From assembly GCA_002189035.1 (NCBI GenBank), contig NEEC01000007.1:1054001-1118000 (forward strand): a DNA stretch of 64,000 nt, given 5' to 3'. Below are positions 37,444 through 51,289 of this stretch, in pieces. This DNA comes from Utricularia gibba (lineage: Eukaryota; Plantae; Magnoliophyta). The notes below the pieces were generated by a model. The model did no database searches. It was not told where the DNA came from and was given only the letters and a program-made list of their open reading frames with translations. The translations under genes were made by a program, and so were the position numbers. Numbering within the stretch: position 1 is the first letter of the stretch; each line of letters opens with the position of its first letter.

Positions 37444-40400
37444 ATGGCGTTGTCAAGGCTTCGTTGTTCGGCGATCAGCAAGGCTCGGTATCTGCGTAGA
37501 GTGCGGCTCGTGACCTGCTCGAGTCAACCCTACATGAATCTGTAAGTTCCTTTTTTTTTCCCTGAATTTTTAGACACTGGATGTTGTTTTCTTCTTATAA
37601 TTTGATTGGTTTTTGAATGAATGCTCGAATGATTCTCGCATTGGCAGTTCAATGGAGATACACTCCAGCGCTTGGATGTCTTTAATAAGGTTTTAGCTCC
37701 AGTTCTTTGTTTTAAATCCAAGTATTTTCAAAGGAGTTTTGGTGATGCGGTTTTTTTTTTTGAGGCCATTGTAGGTATAACTCTTCTTCAGAGCAAATGA
37801 AGAAATCCAGCAGGTCGTTATTTTTTCCATTTGCCAATGGTTCTAATAAGGTGGGTTGTGACATTGTTCCCATTTTCCTTTCACTGGTTTGGATTGAATT
37901 TAATTTTGCGTTTTTGAACAGTTTCCCATTGGCCTCAGATATTATTCATCTTCAGGTACACCGTCCTCATTTAAATGTAACTGAGCATCAAGAGCATCTC
38001 TCTCCCTCTTTTGTAAACTTGCTTTTGTCTTATTTTTCTCGTACTGAAGAAAATGCCTCTGAATGTCGAAAGAGCTATGAAACTGTCATGGTTATTTTTA
38101 ACGAAAACCTGGTTCATTTCAGATACTTCAGAGCATGTGGTGCTTCATATGCCAGCGTTGTCCCCAACCATGGTAACTTAAGCTATCAAGAGACGTATAT
38201 ACAAAATAACGTTTCGTCTCTCTTGGAATTGTGATAACTGTTTAATCATGTTTATAGAGCCAGGGTAACATTGTCAAGTGGAGGAAGAAGGTGGGAGATA
38301 AGGTTAGTTGCAGTATCTAGGCATATACTGATGACACACATTTGTACAAGTCGAAATTATCACTGATGGATACTGCAGATAGGTGTTGGGGATGTGCTGT
38401 GCGAAATAGAAACAGACAAGGCTACTTTAGAGTTTGAATCTCTTGAAGAAGGGTGCGATCATAAATGCTTTTAATCAATTTCGTTTTTTTCTTTAGCAGT
38501 CACTATAGTAGAAGTGACCAGGTTTATTCCATAAATCCATCTTTGCAGGTTTCTGGGTGCGATACTGGTTCCTGAGGGCTCAAAAGATGTTGCTGTTGGT
38601 CAACCTATTGCAATTACAGTTGTGTGCTCTTTTCTTCAAAGATTGATCTTTGACATATCATCATGAAAAAATATCTGTTCACAGTTCGTCTCACACGAGT
38701 ATTAAGAATTCAAGAATTTTTTAAGCTTCTTATATCAACTTGGGTCCCCTCCCACTTGACTGATTTTCTTTTTAAAAGAGTGACATCTTTCCGACCAACA
38801 AACGTTTTTATTAGCACATGTTATATATTATTCGTAAAAACTGACTCTTATTTATTCTATAGGTTGAAGATCAAGATGATCTCGAAAAGGCTTCTAAAAT
38901 TCATGTGGGGCTAGAATCCAAAAATGAAACATCCAGTGGCAGGAGTACCACATTCGGGGAACAAGCAAATGAATCTGGTTCTGTGAAAACCAACTTATCT
39001 GAACTCCCCCAGCACATTATTCTTGAGATGCCAGCACTATCACCGACTATGGTATGAATTGCTCGGTTAGGTATGCTACAAGACCTGCTTTACGAAATTT
39101 TGTGTAACTGCTAACATGTATTTTTTTGTTCTTTTTTTCTGTCTACCCAAAGAACCAGGGTAACATTACTAAGTGGTGCAAGAAAGAGGGAGATAAGGTC
39201 GTTCAGATGATTAATGTTAATATACAGATTATTGATGCGTAATTTTAGTGTATCAAGTTCTGATTCTTGGCTTCCTTTTGCTTATGCTCGTGTTGCAGAT
39301 TGATGTTGGTGACATTATTTGTGAAATTGAAACAGACAAAGCAACTCTTGAATATGAAAGCCTTGAAGAAGGGTATGAAACTCATTTGTGCAAACAAGGT
39401 TTTTGATTTCTGAAGTTGGGATATTGTAATCATTTTTTCTTCCTCTAAGATGGACATAATGTAATCTCGGAGGCCTAAAATACATGTGCATCCTTACCTA
39501 GGTTCTTGGCCAAAATTTTGGTTCCGGAGGGTTCAAAAGAGGTTACCGTTGGTCGTCCAATTGCAATAACTGTAAGTGTGTAGTGCCTAAACTCTTATTT
39601 TTCCTTAAAACTCGTAAAACAGTTGAAAAAAAAGTAACCTTAAATTTTGAGCTTACACGTCAATACAATCATTTTTCATGTGCTTTACATGTTTTATAGG
39701 TTGAGGATTCTGAAGGCCTTGAAGCCATAAGGACATCAGTTTTTGGTGATTTTAAATCACATCCTGACGCCACCATTCATCAAAGTGTTGCAAAGGATGC
39801 TGAGACTCCGGGAGTGAAGTATAACCGCATTAGTCCTGCTGCAATGCTGTTGCTGAAAGAACATGGGCTGGATGCATTGTCAATAACAGCATCTGGTCCC
39901 CGTGGCACTCTGCTTAAGGGGATGTTTTGGCTGCTATAAAATCTCAGAAAAAAGTTGCTAAGGTGCCCCAGCCAGAGGATAAGCTTTCCTCTCTCCCAGT
40001 TCATTCTCAAATTTCCACGCCAAAATCAAGTGTGGAACAGACAGGTGCTTATGAAGATCTGCCAAACACGCAAATTCGTAAGGTAGTTGTGTAGCCAGTC
40101 TTTGGACTATAGGTATTCCAGTGTTTTGGAAAACTTCATGATTTGTACAGAAATTTATGCTTCTTTAGTAGTCTGTGGCATGCCGTTATTTGAAATTCCA
40201 TTTTTTTTCCTGATTTTTGTTAGGTTATAGCCACACGCCTTTTGGAGTCAAAGCAATCCATCCCCCATTTATACTTGTCAGCAGGTACTTGTTATTGGCT
40301 TCATTTAGGAAAGCATTCTAAACATGAACGGTGATTGTCATCGGTCATACACTTAGTAATTGGTTAGATCACCATATGACTTTGGTGAGTTGTGGCAGAT

Positions 40401-41987
40401 GTCATACTAGATCCTCTTCTCGCATTCAGAAAGGTCCTTAAAGGTATGAATCCGTTATTATTATGTCCCAACCCCACTATTCTCTGTCTGGGCCATACTT
40501 AACTTATTTTGTTTTTACAGAAAAACATGACACTAAAGTGTCCGTCAATGATATTGTGATCAAAGCCGTTGCTGTTGCGTTGAAAAATGTACCGCAAGCT
40601 AATGGTGAGGGTTTGAGATTTATCGCCATCTATTTTTCTAACCATGGTTGAGATGAGTCAAGACTAGAGCACATGATTTTATATTTGTTGATTATACAGA
40701 TTATAAATGTGAATGCAGTTAGGTAACAGAAAATGGAAGCAAAAACAGAAATGCTGTTCTAATGCAGTAACTAAGATGTCCATATAGAGACACACTGACG
40801 TAGTTTTTTGTGCTGTTTATTACAACTCTGAGTTTACCAGGCATTGAGTAGACGATGACAATGACATTTTTGAGAAAAATTCAAACAAACTCGGATTCTT
40901 ACCTGCATGCTTGTGCAAAAACTTTCATATTCAAGGCCAAGATGGCTGCTAGTTTTTTTGTTATCAGTTCCTTTCCTTTGCAGTATCCACCATTTATTTG
41001 CAATGTTTTTAAAACATGATATAGCCTATTGGGACGCTGGGAAAGGAGAAATAGTGTTATGCTCTTCTGTGGACATCTCTATTGCAGTAGCGACTGAGAA
41101 GGTATTACATAAGATTGAGCCCTACTGATTGCATACAATTGCATAGATTAACTGCACCATCCTGTGTTGATCGCAGGGTCTAATGACACCAATAGTTCGA
41201 AATGCAGATGAGAAGTCCATCTCGACAATTTCTGTGGAGGTATTCATGGATTCGATTCCCTCCAAGTACCCTTTTTTAAAATGCAATAGCCTCGTGCAAC
41301 TTCCTTCATTTTTTTTTTTTCTTAATCCTTATGTTTTAGATCAAAGAACTTGCTGAAAAGGCACGAGCAGGAAAGCTTAAGCCAAGTGAGTTCCAAGGAG
41401 GTACTTTCAGGTAACGTTGTCATGTGTTTGGTCATATAATTACCTTACGTGAAGATTTTTTGTGTTTCTGTACTTCATCAACACATCAATGTTCATGCAG
41501 CATATCAAACCTAGGGATGTTCCCTGTGGATCGCTTTTGTGCAATTATCAACCCACCTCAGGTCACTCTCTCTACCATTCTCCTTTGTTATGGAGTAACA
41601 TGGTGATTTGATCATTATATTCTTCCTTCTTCTAGTCTGGAATCCTTGCTGTTGGTCGGGGGAATCAAGTTGTCGAAGCAGTTACTGGAGAAGATGGTAA
41701 AAATCATGATATCCGTGTTCTAACAGGGTAATTCCCCTCAGATGACCACATTGATTTACTTGGTTTTCCAGGGATTGCAAAACCGGCTGTTGTTACCAAG
41801 ATGAATTTAACGCTGTCAGCAGACCATCGTGTATTCGATGGAATAGTTGGAAGTATGTAAACCAGTCCCTTAGATGAACACATTTAAGATCCATTGCTCA
41901 CGTTCATCAATGATTCTGTTGCATGCAGGAGCCTTCTTGGAAGCCTTGCAATCAAATTTCAGTGATATCAGAAGACTTATACTGTAA
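37444..41987 (+). CDS. LTA3: Mitochondrial pyruvate dehydrogenase E2 with two lipoyl domains; apparent 1-nt frameshift at 39918-39921
   Basis: Two MP(A/T)xSPTM...ETDKATLE lipoyl domains, E3-binding RISPAA...GPRGTLLKG(DV), catalytic FQGGTF and ADHRVFDG. Confidence 0.9.
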
Positions 41988-42476
41988 TTGCCGTTAACAT
42001 TCGTCTCCATCCCCTCATGGTGTGGCTACACTTCCCTGGATCATTCACCAGCCGGATTTCAGAATGATCAAGATTTGCAGAAGAGTGTTCCTGCCTCCTG
42101 CTCCTGTATCGAGCAATTCTTTCGATCCAGTTTCGTTTTCAGTTCGGCCAGTTCGTTAGTGTTTGCTTGCTACGGTGTTCGTGAAGCTGCTGCTGCTTCA
42201 TCCACAGATCTGCCCCACTGCGGGAACGAATCGATCACAAAGAGGTAGCTAATTTACTTCCGTTCTGCTGTGAGAACAAGGTCATGAAGAGGAGAGAGAG
42301 ATCACCTCCTCCTCTGAGGTTCTTGCCAATCAAATAAAACATAACGTTCAGATAACTGTTCTGAAAACACTTCCTGTCACAGAATTGTCTGTTTCTCTTC
42401 TTACTTGGCAGCACAGATTCTTGCAGTTTTATAACCGTCTGAGGTAAGACGAAATAGAGCCCAGGCCTATCTATCA

Positions 42477-43941
42477 TCACTTCACAGCAAGTGGCTCATA
42501 CCATTCAGGTCCGAATCCAGCTGCTCTTCGGGCGGCTTCATTGAATGGAAGCTTCAATGGTCCTCTAAAGAAGTCCCTCACAGTTGTGTGGAACTGCATA
42601 ATTGCTACTGCTTCATCATTCAAATCACAAGCAGACTCCATGTTCTGGCCCTTAGATCGCAAGCATAGATACTTGAACCATCTCACTCCAGCAGCACAGT
42701 GAGTAATTTCCTCAGGATAGACTACGTTCTCGAGCAACTCCGCCGTCTCCTCATCGCCGCCTTTTCGGAATCGGGAGATTGTAGTGGGTAGCACATCCAG
42801 TCCTCTGGCCTGGCGAGGCGTGTCGCCACCGCAAAGATTGAAAAAGAACTATTCAAGTTTGGAAACTGTCGTGGGAAAAGGGGATGGTGCATACCTCATG
42901 AACGCAGTGTTCGACTGCCAGGCGTGCTTGTAGGCTTCTAGAGGTAGCGGTGGCAGAATCCCAGAGACCATCGTGGGCTGGCAATGCTCCGTAGGAGGAT
43001 CCAAGTTCCTGGAGACGTGCTGCGAGCAGTGTGAAGTGTCTGCCTTCATCCTGGGCCACCTTCACAAAATCTGTGAAGAACTCTCTCGGCATGCACTCGT
43101 CTTTGCCAAATCTGGCGATGATATCCTTGATAATGAGAACACAGAAGCCTCATATTAACATACGCTAAAGTAAAAGTGCTAAGGACAGCAATCCAACTTA
43201 GACCATCATGCTCAACGTTAGCAAACAGATGTATTGGTTCAATGGATATACTTGTTTGATTACCTCTTGGTGAAATCATAATACTCTTCCATGTTTAAAC
43301 CTAAGTTCTTGAAATGTGTACGTTGGGGAACCATCACACCAACAACCATCTTTGAGATGACAGTTCATGTGTAAAAAAAAAAACTGCTTGAAATCTAACG
43401 AAACAGAATACAACCGTATGGAAAGTTGGTTTCAAAACGATAGTGGATACAAAGACTTTGCTCCTGAAGTTGGTCCATGAAAAATTTGAAGACATTAACC
43501 CAAGGAGAGAAAATTACCCATGACAAGTCAATAGCCCAGCTCTCGGTGTGCACCAGACTGTGCAAAATAGCCTGCCTACTCTGCAAGCTCCCCGCTTTTC
43601 CCAGTTTAGGCATCTCACCAGGCGACACAAGTTTCACCTGTGATCAAAACAAAGCCCCCCGTTAATAAAAAACAAAAAAAAAACCATATTCCCACAAAGG
43701 ACTTCACACAGGCATTTCGTCGAGCATCTAAGAATCGACTCACGTTGTCCAGTCGAGCAGGACGGTCAGGTACCGAAAGTTCCACAGAAGGATCATAAGC
43801 TTGAGTGATGATTCCTTGAATCCATTTATTTGCAATTTCATCTCCCAGTCGAGCTTTCTCGTATGGATCGGCCGTGTTCAACACTCTCAGTGCAGCTTCC
43901 ACCAAAGTCTCTTCCGAGGAGCTTCCGCCTCTGCTACCCAT
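42477..43941 (-). CDS. DUF455 ferritin-like family protein, 4 exons
   Basis: HSLVHTESWAIDLSW|DIIARFG, DEGRHF, HDGLW, EHCVHE|ARGLDV, EEITHCAAGVRWF. Confidence 0.9.
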
Positions 43942-44530
43942 TCCTTAAATTGTCCCCTCTCACTTTCACAAACCGTTAAATGTAACCATACTTCAAAACA
44001 TTGGCGAGATCAATGAACAAGAAGCGCCTCTGCTGCAAATCCAATCGTCGCGCCCGTTAGGGGTTAGGGGAATATTTGTATCTAATAATTATTTTTATTA
44101 ATAGCGAGGATACTCTGACGAGCAAAAATTCTTTGCTTGAAAGATGATCGATGAATTGCCTCAACACAATAAATCACACAACACCGCAGGGGGTTTCACA
44201 ATCTTGCTGCATCCAACAGCAGACCGACGCCTACTTCCCATATTCACAGGGCTTCGCATGCCCACCTTGGTTTCCCTCAGCAGCAGTGTGGATGGATAGT
44301 CATGCACATTTACACACCAAAAATTGTCTCAACAAACATCACTGAGTTGGGTCTGAATCCCAACTACAAGGTACTGCAATGGGGGCGAGCCATAACTCCG
44401 GAAAACGGCATCCAGGATCATGAGTTGTGTGTGGGTACCAAACTGTCAGCTGGGTATGCACATCCAGGAGTTGGTTGCTCGGGCAACATAGGATCAATGA
44501 ATTATGAACACTTCTGGAGATGCAGGGCAG

Positions 44531-46297
44531 CTAGTAGTCCAGGTATTCATCTGCAGTGCGTTTGCTGGTATAGTCTGCTAATGCCATGGCAGTGATTTCT
44601 CGGCCATATCTCCAAATGTAGTTCAATCCAATAAGAAGCTCTGTGATTGCTGCTTCTGTTTTCTCCTGATTTGCAAAGTATAGTGTTTGGACAAGAAGCA
44701 CATTTGTGCGATAACCGGAGCTTTGGTGCTCAAAACTCCGTTCTGACTGCCATTTTAGCATGCTATGAGCAAGCGGAGACAACCATTCCAGCATTTTCTG
44801 TATTGCATCACTCCACTCCCCTGCTAGAGCAGTGTCACAAACTGATGCTTTGAGGCTCTTGGCATATGGTTTCAATTTAGACCTGAGGGCTATTCTGATG
44901 CGCGCAGGTAGCATATTGTAAAGATCATTCCTTGCTTCGTGGCCAACCAGATGCGGTGCTGCGACCAGTTTCTCAATGTAAATGATGAGGTTGGCATAGT
45001 GAAAAGCTAATGCTGCAGCTCCAAGGGTCTCAGGAGGTGGGTTCAGTATCTTGCTTTTTCTGGTTACTACATATGAATCTCCATGGCTTGAACCTCCACG
45101 GAAGCGTGCCTTAGAACCAGCATCTTGGGTTCGATCCATGGCTTGCAGATATAGACCATTGGTATTAAAGTAGCTAGAACTAATTGGAGAACCAACATTT
45201 GAAAATCCGGTGAGAGTTGAGGATGCCATAGCTGATCCACCAGAAGCTAATAAATCCTGGGACCGATCACGAACCGGCCAAAGTTGGAAACGACCTTTTC
45301 CAGTCTTAGCAAGAGAGCTGGATTTTACTGACAGCTTCTTTAGGGGCCCGGAATAGAAGCTAAAACCTCTGTACTCTTCAGGAGAATTAGATGTAGCCTC
45401 CACGTTCCTGAGAGGACCAGAGTGAAAATTTACTCCATTCATTTTTCCAGAAAGAGGACCAGAGGCAGAAATAGGGCGTCCTGATGGAGTCGAGGAATTT
45501 GCTTCAAATGGGTAAACAGAGGATTGCGCCAACAAGGTTGAAAGGCTTTGTCCGCTATTATGAATCCCCGTGACTGTTGAATTAGGAAACTTCATAACGG
45601 CAACATGATTGACTCCAAAAACATGTCCAATCCTAACATATATAGAGAACACAGATCTTGCAAGTAGAAGGACTGTATAATCGTAAGTCCAATTCCAAAG
45701 AGATTTCTCCTTAAGACGCTTCACCACTTGCTGCTTCCAGGCAAACTTCTTTTCATATTCCACTAAGCTGATAACATCAGTGTTATCATTACTCTTGATT
45801 CTCCTATACGATTGATCAATATCCGCGAGTATCTCCATTTCCTGGTACAGATTCGAATTCATCAAAACAAACTGTTGCATTTTCTGAACTTTCTTCTCCA
45901 TCTTCTTCCATGGCAACTGCCAACCAAAAGGGTCCACTCCAATCTTCATCAAATCATTAAATGCCAGCTCAAAGCTTCTCAACACGGGACTATTGCATTT
46001 CTTTGACAGACGAGCCACATCTTTTGCAACACGTACCAAACTTTCAGTCATTTCGTCACACATTAATCTGGCAATATACGCATCATCATCAGAGACAAGC
46101 TTCCTAATACCTACTGAATTTGATATATCCTCCCTTAGTCGAGCAACATGCCTATCGGCCAATGACAGCCAGAGCTGCAGCAGCTTGGTCATCAATCCTG
46201 AAGCTTCAAAGGCTAAAACACCAATCCGCTCTTCTGAACCATTAGACGCAGGCTTCTTCAAAGTCAGCAAGTTTCTGAACCATGACTGAGCCACCAT
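44531..46297 (-). CDS. DUF3475/DUF668 family protein (PSK SIMULATOR-like), intronless
   Basis: MVAQSWF, IGVLAFEASGLMTKL, TLGAAALAFHYANLI, EARNDLYNMLP, WLSPLAHSMLKWQSER, VQTLYFANQEKTE. Confidence 0.9.
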   Translation of the reverse strand: MVAQSWFRNLLTLKKPASNGSEERIGVLAFEASGLMTKLLQLWLSLADRHVARLREDISNSVGIRKLVSDDDAYIARLMCDEMTESLVRVAKDVARLSKKCNSPVLRSFELAFNDLMKIGVDPFGWQLPWKKMEKKVQKMQQFVLMNSNLYQEMEILADIDQSYRRIKSNDNTDVISLVEYEKKFAWKQQVVKRLKEKSLWNWTYDYTVLLLARSVFSIYVRIGHVFGVNHVAVMKFPNSTVTGIHNSGQSLSTLLAQSSVYPFEANSSTPSGRPISASGPLSGKMNGVNFHSGPLRNVEATSNSPEEYRGFSFYSGPLKKLSVKSSSLAKTGKGRFQLWPVRDRSQDLLASGGSAMASSTLTGFSNVGSPISSSYFNTNGLYLQAMDRTQDAGSKARFRGGSSHGDSYVVTRKSKILNPPPETLGAAALAFHYANLIIYIEKLVAAPHLVGHEARNDLYNMLPARIRIALRSKLKPYAKSLKASVCDTALAGEWSDAIQKMLEWLSPLAHSMLKWQSERSFEHQSSGYRTNVLLVQTLYFANQEKTEAAITELLIGLNYIWRYGREITAMALADYTSKRTADEYLDY

Positions 46298-48177
46298 TTT
46301 GGAGCCCAATCAGCAAGTATTTGATCTCCAAAAATATTCAGGGATAGCTCTTTAATCTGTAAATACAAGAAACAGGATACATGTAATCTACAAAAATACA
46401 AATTCTCATAGGTGTAAGAACGAAACAACCAAAACACTTGATAAAAACAACGTTAGAAATCTTACAAAAGAATATGAAGAGCAACAACGCAAACATAAAA
46501 TATAAGCATTCTAGATTACTTAAAAGATGTTTTTTTGAGAACACAACCAAATCATGAAACATTGATTAAAGGAATCCCTTCTTCGTTATTCATTTTGCAA
46601 AGTAAGCTGCATCAGGCTCACTTCACCAAAATTTAAAGCATGAACACTTCACTGTAGCCAATAAATGAGAACAAAGACAGAGATACAACAAAATTAAATT
46701 AAATTAAAGAACAGGAAAAAGAAAGAAAGCAATAATGAGATGCCATCAATTGGCAAATACAAACCCAGCTCAAGCATCCATGAAAATCGAAGAAAAAAAC
46801 AGTCTCTCCCAATTCCCAACACATCTTTCCAATACGCTCATGAAAACATACGAAACCGAAACATCAATCCCACTACAAGCAATTTCAAGGGAAAAAGTAC
46901 AGCACAAGATATCAGGCACTTACATATTCTTAAAAAAAAAAAGAATTATCCGACAAAGCGCAGAGGAATCGACGAGGAACGAGCAAAATAAATATCGACC
47001 ACGAGAAATTAGAGGCTCCGGCTCCATGACCAGATGCCGCCGCGACCGTGGAAGGAGTCCGGAAACCGTGTGAAATTATGAAATTGAAAAGCAAAAGCAT
47101 TTATTAATTTTCACACATACCCCTCCACTTTTTTCTCTTTCACTTTTCCCCCACAAAAGAATAAAAAATAAATAACTGTAATTATTAATTTAGTATTATT
47201 GCTTCTCTATTTCAAGATAATGAACTAAAAAATCCCTCACAATTGAAAAAATATTGGTTATATTCATTTTTAGTAAAAAAAAAGGATTTTTTTGCACTAT
47301 TTTAATATTTATTTTTGACAGTGTCCTATTTCGGGGAGGAAATATGAAAAACAGAAGTGTGGGGACCTTGAGGAAATAAAAGAGGAAATGGGGGTAGAAA
47401 AGGAAACTAGAGGAGGACGCAATAGAGTTCGCAATGATTACGTTAGACCAGGCGTGGGCACTCCAATTTCACAACTTTGGTCCCCGGATTGCTAAATTCA
47501 GGAAAGGTGTTTTTCATGCCAACAAAACCATAAACTTATCTGGTTTGTGCTAAAAAATGATTCAACTGCAATTTTTTTGAATTTAATTCGACGTTAATCA
47601 TGAAGGATTCACGATCCAAAACAAATCAATGTGATTTTTTAAATAATAATAGATAATTTAAATTTTTTGTATTATAATATTTTTTTGAGATGCGTATGTA
47701 ATGTAAGAGATTTATTGATGATATCTCATATTTGTTATGCACAAAAGAATAGACATATTTAAATAGAGAAATTTTCATAATCTCATATGAAACATTTTAT
47801 TAAAAAAATGAAAATTAAATATTTGAAATAAATAATATCATATAAGAGTAATATAAATCATGATGACATATACATTAGTATACGATTACAATAGTTATTT
47901 ACAAATTATTATTCAAAATAGATACATCTTTTAATAAATAATTTTTTATTTTATATAGAAATTTAAAAACTACAGTCTTAAAAACTATTGAAAAATATAA
48001 AAATGTAAAAAATATTATAGATCTAAAATTTTCCAAAAAAACAAAAAATAGGTAGAAAAAAAGGTCAAGATTGATTGGGCGGGTTATTTTTGAATGGGCT
48101 TGATCCTTTAGGGCCGTAGATGCATTGCAACTTATGATGGGCCAGGCTCAAATAGAAGTGGCGAATGGCAGCCCATG

Positions 48178-50012
48178 TTACATATTAGCGAACAATCGGT
48201 ACGTACCCGAATCCAAAACCAACTGACGCACAGATGCGATGGCGCCGATGGCAGCCAGCGCGGCGGAGGCGACGCCGATGATGACATTAACCCAATACAC
48301 AAGCCCTCTTCGCGAATCTTTGAAGGTCACATTGTAGAAAACCATCGGCAAAATGAAGTCAAGCGGAATTAGACCAAAAGCTCCGATCAACGCCAAGATG
48401 TCTCCGAGGAACGGAAACATCGCCGCTAGTAGGGTGGCGATGGCGATGGCCAACGACCGGGAGAGCAATCGAGGAATGGTGTTTCGACAAGAGAAGCCGC
48501 TCTTCTTTGGATCGGAAAACAGGTTCTCCAACACCACGTTGATGGGTTGAAGATACACCTTACCAGATCAGAGGAAACCAAGTCAAGTGCAACAGAAGAT
48601 GTTCGACTACCCACCGGAGAAAAAGAGTTGTACGCTTACCAGACAGCACGCTGACGTTTGCACAAGCGTGAAAATGTTGATGAGGAGGAGGAATCGCAGA
48701 GGCAACAATGGCTTTCCCCTGTCGACGAAATTGGCAAGGATCGACGATCCCTGGGACTGGTTACCAAATGCCCAGTACCCAGAAATAGCGACGCTGAAGA
48801 ACGTCGAGATCACGACGGAATAGGCTAGCAGCAGCCCCTTCAGCATTTTTCCGGTAACTGGCGGCGCTATTGTTGCCTACCCAAACCAATCAATAAATAT
48901 ATGTCATTTCCGGCACACCTGGAAAAAGGAAAACACGACATTGACCTGGATTTCTGGAATCATCCCATTGCCGTATATTGTAGCAATGAGCGAAAACGCA
49001 TTGAAGAAGCCGAACAGCCGGCCTGCGCCGCTCCCCGGGATCGAATAATCCTTCGCCGGAGCATTTCTCGAATAACCTTCACAGTGTATCATGAGAAAGG
49101 TGAGCACCCTGCTTTCTGCAAGTAGCAGGTTGGGAGGAGATGGAGGTACCTATGTAGATAGCACCGACGGTTGCGCAAGAACTGTAGGCTAAGCACAAGA
49201 TAAGAGAAACAAGATTGATGTGCCTTAGCGAGTGAAACGAAGGCATCTGAGCCATGACCATGGTATATGCTCCAGCGATGATGATAAAATGGTAGAGTTC
49301 CAGGCGCCCATGTGGCGAAAGCATCTGGTAGATGTACTGCGCATGGCCGAATTGCTGTTAGCCATAGCTCCCACAAAAGAAACCATCCCCACAGGCCACA
49401 GACGCATTTGACTCGAAAGGAAGCATAAGAAGAGGGAAGAACCTTCAAGGTCTGGCCACTGAGAAGAATGGGTGAAATAACTGCGCCGTAGCAGATGACC
49501 AACTGGAGCGGACTCACCAAGTATCTGCCCCATCCCGGTCCTGTAACCGCAGCAGCAGAAGCCATGTCAGATGCTGTAAAACAAGAAAAAAAGGAGTGAT
49601 ATCATCACCTAGGATATCGTCGGCCATGTCGCGAAAACGTAGCTGCCGGCGACCGAGTCCGGCGAAGTGCTCCAAAACAATGGACAGCAGGTTGTAGGAG
49701 TAGAAGGTGACCATCCCCGCAGCGGTCAGACAAAGAGCCCCTCCGACCCAACCCAGCAAAGCAAAGGCATACGGCAGGGTCAATAGCGCCGGCGCCACTA
49801 TGGCCGTCGTCATATGGTACCCACAGTGCCACCATGACCCTAACACACCACACCCACATGTGATTTTAACCAAGGATCTAAAACACAACAACAACAACTA
49901 GTCTGGAAATACCTTGTGACTTGAGGACGAATACTGCTCCGGGCTCCGGGTTTTTGGACCCGGAGACGTCGCCGGAGTTGCAGGCGGTATGTTCTCCTTC
50001 AACGGCGGCCAT
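48178..50012 (-). CDS. GAT1: GABA transporter 1-like (amino acid/auxin permease family), 7 exons
   Basis: GAVFVLKSQ|GSWWHCGYHMTTAIVAPALL, MPSFHSLRHINL, YGNGMIPEIQ, LDFILPMVFYN. Confidence 0.88.
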
Positions 50013-50962
50013 CTTAGCTTCTTTCGGAGCACACGACTTCTCTTCTCGCAATGTCTTCTTACTGATAAAGAGTACTTGTGACAACGGAAACAAAGTCAAA
50101 AATGGGTATGCCACCTAAAGTGGGATTACATTGACGCATTGATTTCCCAGTTTTGTAATCAGTAGGTGTCTTGCTTTTCTATATTAATAATATTTGATCC
50201 ATTATTGATAGCTCATAGATCCATTACACTGATTCAAAAGGGGCAATGTCTATTGGATGTTTTCAAAGGACTATACATGCTACTCATTTTGCAACTGTGG
50301 TTTAAATAATTTCACAATACCAATTCAATTTTGTTTACAATTTATGGGATTTAATATTTATTTTGAATACGAATTTGATATTAAGTATATTTATTTTATT
50401 TGTACCTTTTTTATGATTTAAAAAAGTGTGTTTATCAATAATCTTTTTTTAATAAAATATAACAAAAATTTGCAAATAATATAATTTGAGAAAAATTAAT
50501 TTGAAGCAATGACTTGAAATTCAAAAAGTGGTATGAATTTATAAAAAATATTTAGTAATATAATATAAAATAATAATAATAATTTTCCAATAATAAAAGA
50601 TGTATAAACTTTCTAATTAGGTCGTTCTCCAAGGGTGCCAATTGGACTAATAAGCCCAATAAAATATCATATCATTATGGGCTGAACGAGGCCCGATCGC
50701 TCAAATGGGCTAAGCTCGATAAATATCACTTATTTCTTTTTTTTATTAATTTGGGTTTGATATTCATAGAACTTTAATTCTATTTTAAGCCCGATGGATT
50801 ATCCTAAAAAAATTAATTTGAGTTTTGTAGTTTTTTAAATATTGTAAATGTTTATATATTTTTATTCACTTTTAATATTTAATAACAACATTAATTTTGA
50901 AGATCAGGTGAATGTACAACGTTATCCTTTATGCTGCTAAGTGGATTGTATATTTATATCCA

Positions 50963-50980
50963 ATATATATATATATATAT
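50963..50980. repeat. (AT)9 microsatellite
   Basis: Read directly from the sequence. Confidence 0.8.
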
Positions 50981-51133
50981 TTATTTATATTTATATCGTG
51001 TGAGAAAAATTCTTTTATACATATAAAATGAGGATATCATAGGAGACGTCAATTCAGTCTCGTCAAAATGGAAGAGTCATTCAGATAAGGACATGTTTGG
51101 CATCCATTTTCTCATCCCCCGACTTACGAGAGA

Positions 51134-51289
51134 TACCACAAAAGATGTATTAGAAATATGATCATTTTTATGTTAGAAAAATTTTAATACTGTATATATA
51201 CAATTGTAAGGATTACCACAGAAGATGTATTAGAAATATGATCATCTGTCAGAAAAATTTTGATATTGTATATATATGATTGTACGGAT
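51134..51289. repeat. Head-to-tail tandem duplication of about 80 bp upstream of the DME-like gene
   Basis: TACCACA(A/G)AAGATGTATTAGAAATATGATCAT...GAAAAATTTT...TGTATATATA...TTGTA(A/C)GGAT at 51134 and 51214. Confidence 0.85.

Noticed and set aside
41988-42248. 86-aa ORF between LTA3 and DUF455
   Set aside because: Begins at a non-ATG codon right after the LTA3 stop; most likely 3' UTR sequence.
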